Shown in pieces: positions 16,251-24,328 of a stretch of 25,406 nt of DNA. The DNA is taken from positions 1 through 25,406 of IMG/VR virus record IMGVR_UViG_3300017989_000417. One strand, 5' to 3'. The notes below the pieces were generated by a model, which was given only the letters and a program-made list of their open reading frames with translations, had not been told where the DNA came from and searched no databases. The stretch's first letter is position 1, and every line of letters starts with the position of its first letter. The translations under genes were made by a program, and so were the position numbers. This DNA is from a virus. Taxonomy: Duplodnaviria > Caudoviricetes.

Positions 16251-17306
16251 TCATACCCTCACCCAAATCACTTCTTCCCAGTCGATCCGCCTCGGGTCAT
16301 CGGCCGACAGCTTGGCTTCGTGCAACCGGCGAAAGAACGATTTCCGTTCGGTGGTCGTGACGATCGGCTCCCCGCCGAACAGGCTCGGATGTTCTTCGCG
16401 CTTGACCAGCCAACAGCGGGTTCGGTTGAAGACGTCGAAGCCGATGGAATCCAGAAGTTGGCACGTCAAGTCGCAAAGGGGCACGCGCCGCTTGTTCTTG
16501 ACGTAATCCTTCACAACGATCGCGGCCACTCCGTACGGCTTTACCGCCAAGTGCAGTTGCCAATACACCGTCTCCATCGCTGTCCAGTAGGTTTCGCCGG
16601 AAGTGTTTCCGACTTGGCCGGTAGTCGTGCCGTAACTCTGCTTAAGATTCCTCATGCGACGATGGTAACCGTCGGGATTTTGTGTATCTGGCCCGCCGGC
16701 GTTAAGCGAAGACTCGTACGGTGGGCTCGTTACCGCGGCATCCAACTTGCCTTCCTTCATCGCCCCGATCTGGCCTTCACCCACGCCGTACCCGCCGTGA
16801 CGTTGCGACTGGCCGAGCGATCCGCCGGCCGTTTTCCGCTTATTGCGACTTTGCTTGGCCGTTTCGGTTTCCTTGTGTTTTCCCTTCACCGATTCGGCAT
16901 ACGGCGGACTGCACACGACCGCATCGCATCCGCTGACAAGCCGCGAGAACTCGCGAGAATCGCCTTGCAGGATCATCGGCAGCGGATCGCCGGCCGCCTT
17001 CCACATCGGACGATGCTTCGCGAAGTTGCGGCGGGCCAACTCGACGAAGTGGTTTTCCAACTCGACGCCAACCCAGCGCAGGCCACGCGATGCCGCGACG
17101 ATCCCGCCGGTCCCGACCCCGCCGAACGGATCGCCGATCGTGTTGCCCGGCTTCCAGTATCCCTGTTGGAGGCCGCAATCGATGATCCGCTCGATCTGCC
17201 CGCGGGCGAACTTCGCCGGGTGTGCGAACGCTTCGGGCGTAATCACACCCTTCCAACTGTCTTCGTAACAGTTGTGCCAATCGGTTGTTTCTGTCGTGCA
17301 GATCAT
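16251..17306 (-). CDS. Amino (N4-C/N6-A) DNA methyltransferase with duplicated SPPY module
   Basis: HPAKF, SAM-binding DPFGGVGT, GVELE, GDSR, and SPPY at both 16899-16910 and 16716-16727. Start is the ATG at 17306 (or the GTG at 17309) overlapping the upstream TGA. Confidence 0.85.
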   Translation of the reverse strand: MICTTETTDWHNCYEDSWKGVITPEAFAHPAKFARGQIERIIDCGLQQGYWKPGNTIGDPFGGVGTGGIVAASRGLRWVGVELENHFVELARRNFAKHRPMWKAAGDPLPMILQGDSREFSRLVSGCDAVVCSPPYAESVKGKHKETETAKQSRNKRKTAGGSLGQSQRHGGYGVGEGQIGAMKEGKLDAAVTSPPYESSLNAGGPDTQNPDGYHRRMRNLKQSYGTTTGQVGNTSGETYWTAMETVYWQLHLAVKPYGVAAIVVKDYVKNKRRVPLCDLTCQLLDSIGFDVFNRTRCWLVKREEHPSLFGGEPIVTTTERKSFFRRLHEAKLSADDPRRIDWEEVIWVRV

Positions 17307-18109
17307 CACGCCACCCCCACATCCTCGACCTCGAACAGCGCCGTCGCCGAAAGCCGCTTCCGGCCGTAGACCTTGCCGTGATAGTTGTAGCGGCCCTTCA
17401 CGACGGCTACCTGTTCAACATGAAAGTAGTCGCGGTGCGTCCAGACGACCGACCAGCCGTGCTGCCAGTCCGGGGCGGTTACGTAGTCCGGATTAAGATC
17501 GCACAGACACCCGTTCTCCCAGGCCGCGTAGGTATCGGAAATATCGCGATGGTAAAACGCGCCCAGCCGATGCGTGTGGCCGTGGATCACGCAACAGCCG
17601 TACTTCTCGAAGTGGCCACGCGCGGAATACCCCGACCACTTGCGGGCCAATTGGCCGTGCGTGAACAGCAGCGACCCCACGCGATACGGCTTGTCGTGCT
17701 GCCGATAACGAATCTTCAGCGCCGCGAAGTCCAACAGCTTTTCCAGCCGCAACGCCCGCAACAGCGCCAAGGCCTTCGCCTCGGTCCGCAGGTAGTTCCG
17801 CAGCCGAAACTCGTGATTGCCTTCCGAGAAGATCAGCCGGGAACCCGGCGCCGCCTCACGCACCTGGCGAAGGAAATCCCGCGTGGCGTCGAGGTCCTGT
17901 TGCAAGTCCTCTTTCCGCGCCGGGTCCTTGGCAAACCGGCTGATCGAGTAGAAATCGGCAATGTCGCCCAGCAGGTGGATCGTCCCCGGTCGATGCTCGC
18001 GGATGAACGCCAGAAGCATTTTGCAGACGTGCTTGTCCTGAAACGGAACGTGCGTGTCGGAAAACACCACGCCCATACGACGGTCGACCGTTTTTCTGTT
18101 CTTGGCCAT
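17306..18109 (-). CDS. Calcineurin-like metallophosphoesterase (267 aa)
   Basis: SDTH, LGDIAD, GNHE, HG and GHTH motifs. The real start is the ATG at 18109 coupled to the helicase TGA; the upstream part of the 511-aa ORF is shadow. Confidence 0.9.
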   Translation of the reverse strand: MAKNRKTVDRRMGVVFSDTHVPFQDKHVCKMLLAFIREHRPGTIHLLGDIADFYSISRFAKDPARKEDLQQDLDATRDFLRQVREAAPGSRLIFSEGNHEFRLRNYLRTEAKALALLRALRLEKLLDFAALKIRYRQHDKPYRVGSLLFTHGQLARKWSGYSARGHFEKYGCCVIHGHTHRLGAFYHRDISDTYAAWENGCLCDLNPDYVTAPDWQHGWSVVWTHRDYFHVEQVAVVKGRYNYHGKVYGRKRLSATALFEVEDVGVA

Positions 18110-20673
18110 CAGAACGGTATCTCCTCTTCGGCAAGACCCATCGCAACCGCGATCGGGACCGGCTCCGGCTTCTCGCCCAGTTCGTAATTGATGATCGTGT
18201 CGAACCGCTCGCCGGCCACGCTGCGGACGGTAATCGCTTTCGTCTGGCAGAGGCCGCCGGCCGAAGCGATATCCACCGCCCGCTCGGCCGTCGGCGGAAT
18301 CGGATCGTCCGACCGCTCCGACCACCACTTGACGAATTTTCGCCGGGCGAAGCCGTCGTGTTCGGGACAGACCCACTCGCACCGATAGTCGTGAAAGCCG
18401 ACGTCGTAGTCGACGCGCATCGTTTTGGGCGAGTCTTCGTCGGCGCCGCGTTTCGTGTGGACCGAATAGAAGATGTCGCGGACGGTGTATTCGGTGTCGG
18501 TGACCTGGCCGGTGATAATCCCCGCCTCGCTGGCCTTTGCATCGTGTTTCGGTTCGTCCGAATTGGGAAACTCGTAGCCGCAGTCGGGGCAAACGCTGTA
18601 TCCACAAGCAATCACCGACCGGCATTCGGGGCATTCCTTGGCCGGCCCTTCGCCCGCGCTGCCGCCGCCTCCACTCTTCGGTGTGCGAATCTGGATCGCG
18701 TCCACCGGGCCGTGTCGCAAGATGTTCCCGGCGAAGTCCAAGACGAGGCAGTTTTCCTTGCCCGGGAACAACCGAAAGCCGCGGCCGACCATCTGGTAGT
18801 AAAGCCCCGGCGAGTTGGTCGGTCGCAGAAGCACCACGCAATCGATATTCGGCGCGTCGAACCCGGTCGTCAGCACGTTGACGTTGACCAGATATTTCAG
18901 CGGCGGGCGAGAATCGTTGAACAGATTCGCCGGGACCTTTTCGCCCTTGAATCTGGCCAACGTCTCGGCACGTTCACCCGGGGGCGTATCGCCGCAGACG
19001 AACCCGCACTCAACGCCGTGCTTGTCTTGCAGCACCGATTGAATATGCCGGGCATGCGCGATACTGGAGGCGAAGATCAGGCAAGAGTTGCGATCGGCCG
19101 TCCGCTCGACGATCTCCCGGCAGGCCGCCTCGACCAGTTCGTCGGTGTCCATCAACTCTTCGACTTCGCTGCCGATGAACTCGCCGGCCCGAACGTGCAG
19201 GCCCGACGTGTCGACCTTCCGCACGCCGGCCTTCGTCACCAGCGGACAGATATACCCGTCGCGGATCAGTTCCTTCACGCCCACTTCGTAGCAGACCGCG
19301 TTCAACAGGTTGTCAGGACCGCAGAGCATTCCCGATTTCATGCGGTACGGCGTGGCTGTCAGGCCGATCAATCTTGCGCCGGGATTAACGATCTTCGCAT
19401 CCGCCAGGAACTGCCGATACATCCCGTCGCCTTCCGCCGGAATAAGGTGGCAGTTGTGAACTAGAACGCCTTCGGCGAAGTAGTTTTCATTTCCTTCAAC
19501 TTGGAGATTGTAGACTCGATCTTCGCAATGACTGCATTCATGTTGCGGAGAATGTCGTTGTTCGAGAACCTCAACGTGGTCCACCCTAACTGGGACAAGA
19601 TGCGGTTGCGCCTCGCGTCTCGGGCCTGGGCCTCCAGTGTCTTGTGGCTGCCGCCGTCGATCTCGACGCACAGTTTTAGTCCGGCATGGGCCAGATCGGC
19701 CGAGTACCACGTGGCGTTTCCGTCGCGTTTGGGAAGGCCCGTCTTGATTACCATTTCGGGAGTCCACGCCGGGCCGAGCATCGCGAACAACTGTTTTTGC
19801 GGACGCGTCAGGCCCCTTCCCTTCCCGCCTTGAATTACCGGTTTGTGCCCCCTGTCCTTCATCGTTGCCGACACCTTCCCGCGGACGGATGGATCGCTCA
19901 TCGGATTTAACCGTTTCATCCGAGTCGAAGACAGGGCTCCCCGGAAACGATGTGAGCATGCCTTGCTGCAAAACATTCGCTCTACTCTGGCGAACACTTT
20001 GAGCTGGTTGTTCGTTGGCTCGGGAATGTCGGCTCCGCATTCGTGGCACGTAAACCACTGCATTTTCCACAAGCGTATTCGCGGGGACATATGCGTCTCC
20101 GTTATAGAAGGGGTGATTCGGGGTCGACGTTAGTTGCCTGCCGTCTTCGAGGGTGATTCTTACCATGCGAGCGGGTTTGGGTCGCGATGAGACGGCAAGT
20201 ACCGGCCGCGTTTCGATTTCTTGTGTTTTGTGATTGAACGACCGGACCATATCGCCTGCTTGAATCATCTCGATGGGCCGCCCGTCAACGGTTGTTCCCG
20301 CCGGAAAACATTCGTCAATTACGACCAGGTCGAAGGCGCCCAGATCGCAGGCCCGCTTGTAGACCGACTGGATGCCGCCGACGATCACCGGCTGCTCGGT
20401 GTCCCGCCGCTTCAGCCCGGCCGAATAAATCCCCACCGAAACTTCCGGACAGATCGCCCGCAGCTTGTCGGCCGCCTGTTCCAAGAGTTCCTTGACGTGA
20501 GCCAGAACGGCAACCCGACCGCCCCAGCGCGTAACCGCGTCCCGGCAGATCGTGGCCAGCACGGGCGTCTTGCCGCCGGCGGTCGGAATGACCACGCACG
20601 GGTTATCGTCGTGCTCGCGCAGGTAACGATACACCGCCTCGACGGCTTCGCTCTGGTAGGGTCGCAACTTCAC
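18109..20673 (-). CDS. SF2 DEAD/DEAH helicase (RadD/YejH-like) with Zn ribbon, interrupted by an intein
   Basis: LRPYQ, PTAGGKT, DE|CH, GLTATP, TTGFD, QMVGRGFR and CPEC..CPDC. GTG at 20673 follows AAGGGG SD. Confidence 0.92.
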   Translation of the reverse strand: MKLRPYQSEAVEAVYRYLREHDDNPCVVIPTAGGKTPVLATICRDAVTRWGGRVAVLAHVKELLEQAADKLRAICPEVSVGIYSAGLKRRDTEQPVIVGGIQSVYKRACDLGAFDLVVIDECFPAGTTVDGRPIEMIQAGDMVRSFNHKTQEIETRPVLAVSSRPKPARMVRITLEDGRQLTSTPNHPFYNGDAYVPANTLVENAVVYVPRMRSRHSRANEQPAQSVRQSRANVLQQGMLTSFPGSPVFDSDETVKSDERSIRPREGVGNDEGQGAQTGNSRREGKGPDASAKTVVRDARPGVDSRNGNQDGPSQTRRKRHVVLGRSGPCRTKTVRRDRRRQPQDTGGPGPRREAQPHLVPVRVDHVEVLEQRHSPQHECSHCEDRVYNLQVEGNENYFAEGVLVHNCHLIPAEGDGMYRQFLADAKIVNPGARLIGLTATPYRMKSGMLCGPDNLLNAVCYEVGVKELIRDGYICPLVTKAGVRKVDTSGLHVRAGEFIGSEVEELMDTDELVEAACREIVERTADRNSCLIFASSIAHARHIQSVLQDKHGVECGFVCGDTPPGERAETLARFKGEKVPANLFNDSRPPLKYLVNVNVLTTGFDAPNIDCVVLLRPTNSPGLYYQMVGRGFRLFPGKENCLVLDFAGNILRHGPVDAIQIRTPKSGGGGSAGEGPAKECPECRSVIACGYSVCPDCGYEFPNSDEPKHDAKASEAGIITGQVTDTEYTVRDIFYSVHTKRGADEDSPKTMRVDYDVGFHDYRCEWVCPEHDGFARRKFVKWWSERSDDPIPPTAERAVDIASAGGLCQTKAITVRSVAGERFDTIINYELGEKPEPVPIAVAMGLAEEEIPF
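19453..20310 (-). mobile_element. Intein (286 aa) inserted in helicase motif II (DE^CH)
   Basis: Starts CFPAGT, block B TPNHPF, block F VYNLQVEGNENYFAEG, ends VHN followed by extein Cys. Removal restores VIDECHLI. Confidence 0.95.
19461..20090 (-). CDS. Zn-finger + Vsr/DUF559-type endonuclease nested in the +1 frame of the intein (putative homing endonuclease)
   Basis: GGAG-6nt-ATG; CHEC...FCSKAC; NPMSDPSVRGKVSATMK; ADLA...VEIDGGSH...RDARRNRILSQLGWTTLRFSN. GC-rich third codon positions in this frame. Confidence 0.85.
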   Translation of the reverse strand: MSPRIRLWKMQWFTCHECGADIPEPTNNQLKVFARVERMFCSKACSHRFRGALSSTRMKRLNPMSDPSVRGKVSATMKDRGHKPVIQGGKGRGLTRPQKQLFAMLGPAWTPEMVIKTGLPKRDGNATWYSADLAHAGLKLCVEIDGGSHKTLEAQARDARRNRILSQLGWTTLRFSNNDILRNMNAVIAKIESTISKLKEMKTTSPKAF

Positions 20674-20674
20674 G

Positions 20675-20860
20675 TTAGTTCCCCTTGGCGCTCGCTTCAT
20701 CGAGACACAGGGCCCGCCGGGGATGCGGCCGCCTGTGTTGCATCTCTTGCCGCAGACGATGGGTCAGTTCGTCGAGCGGATTGCGAACCGGCGCGGTGGC
20801 GTGCGACTGTTCGCCGTCATCGATGTCGATGACGAACACGCCGGAAATAATCACTCTCAT
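20675..20860 (-). CDS. Small hypothetical protein (61 aa)
   Basis: ATGA overlap with the rusA stop, SD GAAGGG, and it exactly fills the gap to the helicase start. Confidence 0.55.
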   Translation of the reverse strand: MRVIISGVFVIDIDDGEQSHATAPVRNPLDELTHRLRQEMQHRRPHPRRALCLDEASAKGN

Positions 20861-21219
20861 GTTCGGTTCCCTTCAAAACTTTCGATCTTGACGACCACCT
20901 GACCGCCCTTGACCGGCTCGTGTTTCTCGGCCGTCAGCTTCATGATCTGGTTGTCGTCGTGATACGCCCCGCCCTTTTCCAGCGCGTCGAACAGGGCCTT
21001 TAGAATGTTGTCCAAGTCATGCTTCCGCCGGTCGGGCGGAAATGCCTGGACGTCGACGGCCAGCGGGCCGGGAATCGGCTCCGCCCCGACCGCCGAGAGG
21101 ATCGAGCAGACCTTCTCGCGGTACGCCCGACCCTTTCGGCTGATCTTCGTAACCGACCCGACGTGACGCCAGTAGTGGTTGACACTGGGCGGATACGGCA
21201 GTCGGAAACTAGCGATCAC
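20857..21219 (-). CDS. rusA: RusA-family Holliday junction resolvase
   Basis: LPYPPSVNHYWR, PPDRRKHDLDNILKALFDAL and DDNQI. Confidence 0.92.
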   Translation of the reverse strand: MIASFRLPYPPSVNHYWRHVGSVTKISRKGRAYREKVCSILSAVGAEPIPGPLAVDVQAFPPDRRKHDLDNILKALFDALEKGGAYHDDNQIMKLTAEKHEPVKGGQVVVKIESFEGNRT

Positions 21220-21220
21220 G

Positions 21221-21682
21221 TTACGACCGCTGCCAGGGCGGCGTACTCTCGGAGGCCTGCGGCGCCGCCTCGGCAGCCGCCGTCGCTTCCTTCCGCTTGT
21301 AACCCTTGATTTCGTTGCCGATCTCGCCGGTGTCCTCGCGCTTCTTGCACGCCACCTTGACCATAAGCGGCAAGTTGTGCAGTTCGACCGAGTCGCGCGG
21401 CTTCATCACGCCCACCGCGTGGCAGATCGCCGACAACTTGCGCTGTGCGATCTCCACCGTCACCGCGTTGGTGTGCTGAAGGCACAACTGATCCCAGAGC
21501 TTGCGGCCCTTGAACTCGCCTTCGATGATTTGGAAGGTGAGTTTCATGTAGTTGCCATTTCCCGACTTGACCGGCTTCATCTCGCTTTCGACGATTGCCG
21601 CCGGATACTCCCCGGTCGGAATTGGATTGAAGACCTCAGCCGGGTCTACTTCGTTGGCATCGAAGCCATTCATATCGACCAT
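21221..21682 (-). CDS. DUF669-family putative single-stranded DNA-binding protein
   Basis: PIPTGEY, LTFQIIEGEFKGRKLWD, NEIKGY and a C-terminal PPW. AAGGAG SD; follows the AAA_24 ATPase. Confidence 0.85.
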   Translation of the reverse strand: MVDMNGFDANEVDPAEVFNPIPTGEYPAAIVESEMKPVKSGNGNYMKLTFQIIEGEFKGRKLWDQLCLQHTNAVTVEIAQRKLSAICHAVGVMKPRDSVELHNLPLMVKVACKKREDTGEIGNEIKGYKRKEATAAAEAAPQASESTPPWQRS

Positions 21683-21735
21683 AACACGGTTCTCCTTTTG
21701 GCTCTAAAAGGGTTGGGGTTGCTGTTTTTTGAGAC

Positions 21736-22530
21736 CTACTCGGCCTCTTCTTCTTTTGTGGACGTTCCGCCGCCGATAATCCCCGCATGAAGCGTCGGCC
21801 AGTCAAGTGGCAGTTCGGCAGGCAGTCCGTAGCGATTCGCCGCCACGCTGGATGGCCGGTTGACACATCGCAGAACGCGGTCGCCGCCGTTCTGGCCTAG
21901 CCCGTCCGCTATCGTGCGCTTGCGTCCGAACCCGGCGTCCTCGGTCTTGGTGATGATCTTCTGGGTCGCGAACAGCACGGCATCGCACCATTCGCAGAGC
22001 GTGGCCGAAGCGTGCTTATTCAGACGCGGCGAATAGCGATCGTAGGCCGAAACGTCCGGGTCCTCGAATTTCTCCACCTTTGCATGGGCCGTGAGGATAA
22101 CGGTCATGCCCCGCTCGTGGCGAAGGTAGGACAGGGCGTCTTTGATTTCCATCCATTCCTTCAGGGCGTGGGTGTAGCCTTTGCCAAAGCCATCGTCGAC
22201 CTTTTCGATCTTACCCGAGTCCATGCCGAATCGTTCGCAGACGTGGTCCCAGATCAACCGCTCCAGCCAGTCTACCGAGTCGATTACCACCGTCTGAAAA
22301 TCGTGCTGCTTGGTCGCTAGGTCCCGCAGCGCTTCGATCACTTCGGAATACTTCGTTGCCAGCGGAAATTGATCGCAGTCGATCTCACCCAAGCCGTCTT
22401 CGGTCGAGATGAAAATCGGCTTCGGCGCCGCGGCGGCGAGCAACGACTTGCCGATACCCTTGATACCGTATACCAGCAGCCGCGGCGGGCCGCCCTGCTT
22501 GCCGCTCTTGATTCGTTCCAACATGCGCAT
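21736..22530 (-). CDS. AAA_24 family phage ATPase (Sak4-like recombination protein)
   Basis: Walker A YGIKGIGKS, TEDG, Walker B TVVIDSVDWLE, GFGKGY, EWCDAVLF and NRYGLP. Confidence 0.88.
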   Translation of the reverse strand: MRMLERIKSGKQGGPPRLLVYGIKGIGKSLLAAAAPKPIFISTEDGLGEIDCDQFPLATKYSEVIEALRDLATKQHDFQTVVIDSVDWLERLIWDHVCERFGMDSGKIEKVDDGFGKGYTHALKEWMEIKDALSYLRHERGMTVILTAHAKVEKFEDPDVSAYDRYSPRLNKHASATLCEWCDAVLFATQKIITKTEDAGFGRKRTIADGLGQNGGDRVLRCVNRPSSVAANRYGLPAELPLDWPTLHAGIIGGGTSTKEEEAE

Positions 22531-22566
22531 ACTCTCCGTGTGTCTTGAAGTTCGTGGGGAAGGAAA

Positions 22567-23727
22567 CTAGACGTAATCGAACACCCGAACCTCTTCGTAG
22601 TCGGTCGGCCAGGTGTACGTGTTCCGGCAGTAGGTCAGCCGCGCGATGGCGGCTTCGTTCTCGCGCTGGGCGTGGTTGAGAATCTCGGGGTCGACTTTCC
22701 AGACGCCGACTCGATACGGCTCTTTTTTCTCGGCGGCCACCAGCCACACCGGCACGACCTGGCCGACCACCAGGGCGTAAACCGCTCGGTAAAATGCCAA
22801 CTGGTGCGCGTAGCCGTACCGCTTGGCGTCGGCGCCGAACCAGGTCAGATCGTCGCACGTCTTCAGGTCGACGATCCCGCGCGAGGCGAGCCAGTCGATG
22901 CGAATCTGGCACGGTACGCCGCGGTATTCCGCCCGGCAGACCTGCTCGGGCTTGCCTTCGGAAAAGAGCTTCTTGGCTTCGGCATGTTCATCGACGGCCG
23001 CGGCCATGTTCCAGATAAGCCGGTGTTGATCCTCGGTCAGCACCGGCTTGCCCTGGGCCTCGGCCCACTCGGCGAATTTCTTGGTCAAGCTGCCGTACGG
23101 CTTTCCCGTGCTGGGATTGACCGGCCCGCCGACGGCATACTTCGCGTTGAACGTCTCGACGCCTTCGAGGATCAGCGTGTGCCCCGCTTCGCCGATAAAA
23201 AAGGCTTCCGACTCTTTACGCGGAATCAGCCCGAGTTGTTTGCGATGGTAGAGTTTCGGGCAGCGGCGAAAATCCTTCAGTTGGCTCGACGACAGATATG
23301 TTTCGGTCTGCCCGTGATACTCATCGGCCGGTTCGCTGCACGGATAGCGGCTCTCCGGCTCCATCCCCGCTTCGGCGAACACGGTCCGTAACTCCGGCAT
23401 TCGTGCCTCTTCATCGGCCGTTAGCGCCTGGCCGTCCATCAGCTTCGCCGCGATCATCCGCAGTTCCGGGTTGAGACGATCGAGGACGGTTTGAAAGTCC
23501 ATCCGCAGGTCCGCTTGTTCGGTTGACCCGTCTTCAGCTTGGGTGGTCTGGTGCCACGAGTGTAATAGAGGATCACCGAGAATCTCTTGGCTGCCTTGTG
23601 GGCCCGCGATCCCAGTGTCTCCCATGTACAGTCCGGCAAAATTCGGTTCCCCGGCGGCCGGCTCTACCAAGGCGTCCAGCACATCCAGGTTGGACGCATC
23701 GGATTCGAGCATATCAGTTTCACGCAT
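22567..23727 (-). CDS. PD-(D/E)XK exonuclease (RecE/DUF3799-like) with N-terminal sigma-region-4-like remnant
   Basis: EYH...LSSSQLKDFRRCP, GEAGHTLILEG, RIDW...IVDLKT and YGYAHQLAFY. N-terminal ~130-aa extension. Confidence 0.85.
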   Translation of the reverse strand: MRETDMLESDASNLDVLDALVEPAAGEPNFAGLYMGDTGIAGPQGSQEILGDPLLHSWHQTTQAEDGSTEQADLRMDFQTVLDRLNPELRMIAAKLMDGQALTADEEARMPELRTVFAEAGMEPESRYPCSEPADEYHGQTETYLSSSQLKDFRRCPKLYHRKQLGLIPRKESEAFFIGEAGHTLILEGVETFNAKYAVGGPVNPSTGKPYGSLTKKFAEWAEAQGKPVLTEDQHRLIWNMAAAVDEHAEAKKLFSEGKPEQVCRAEYRGVPCQIRIDWLASRGIVDLKTCDDLTWFGADAKRYGYAHQLAFYRAVYALVVGQVVPVWLVAAEKKEPYRVGVWKVDPEILNHAQRENEAAIARLTYCRNTYTWPTDYEEVRVFDYV

Positions 23728-23780
23728 ATCGATACCCTTCGTTTTGGTGAAAACGTGAATGGCTTGTCTTCGTCCTCATC

Positions 23781-23827
23781 AAGAGAGGTGTAAACGGCGT
23801 TTACGAGTTCGCGTATACGCCGTATAC
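23781..23827 (-). promoter_or_regulatory. Double-palindrome operator/promoter element, copy 2
   Basis: GTAAAC-ggc-GTTTAC (23790-23804) and GTATAC-gcc-GTATAC (23813-23827), with the same 23-bp spacing as copy 1. Confidence 0.75.
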
Positions 23828-23833
23828 ATACTC

Positions 23834-24304
23834 TTATTTCCATACAACTAACCGGTCACGCGTGCCTGGCCGGTAAGAAACGTATCTTCCGGAGCGTATG
23901 CTTTCCCTGAGATGGAGAGCCATGTCCGCAATGGGCGTCTTTTCGATCAATCTCAAGGACTTATCTAGCGTGCGTTTCAGTAGTATGCGGGCACCGTCCG
24001 GGGATCGGCGTTCATGAAAACGATACGTATGTGTTCTTAGATACTGCTGTACGGCAGGATCATCACTGTTCTTCAGTTGGCGAATGCCATCTTCGTCGAG
24101 AACGACGTCCTCACCAAATGGCACAATCGGGGCGCCCCTCGCGGCGTTTAACAGGGCAGTGACCGAAATGTCACGGTTGGGATAACGCACTAGCAGCGAT
24201 AAATAAAACAGCCCTCGATATGGGTCCACGATGGTCGCACGCCCGTCCCAGTTTAGTTGCCACGAATCGCCGATCCGTGAAATGCTGGCCGAGATGGTTT
24301 GCAT
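23834..24304 (-). CDS. Putative winged-helix-type regulator, paralog B (156 aa)
   Basis: GAAGGG SD; WQLNWDG...GLFYLSLLVRYP...HLRESIRSGRYVSYRP. Paralogous to the upstream gene. Confidence 0.7.
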   Translation of the reverse strand: MQTISASISRIGDSWQLNWDGRATIVDPYRGLFYLSLLVRYPNRDISVTALLNAARGAPIVPFGEDVVLDEDGIRQLKNSDDPAVQQYLRTHTYRFHERRSPDGARILLKRTLDKSLRLIEKTPIADMALHLRESIRSGRYVSYRPGTRDRLVVWK

Positions 24305-24328
24305 GATGTTCCCTTCGACTGCGGTTCC

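Noticed and set aside
15201-17369. 722-aa plus-strand ORF
   Set aside because: Antisense to three motif-supported genes and has no recognisable motifs. Long antisense ORFs are expected in GC-rich DNA.
18110-18841. N-terminal extension of the 511-aa ORF as a third dual-coding region
   Set aside because: Arg-rich, with no motifs or clear SD. The phosphoesterase starts at the coupled ATG at 18109.
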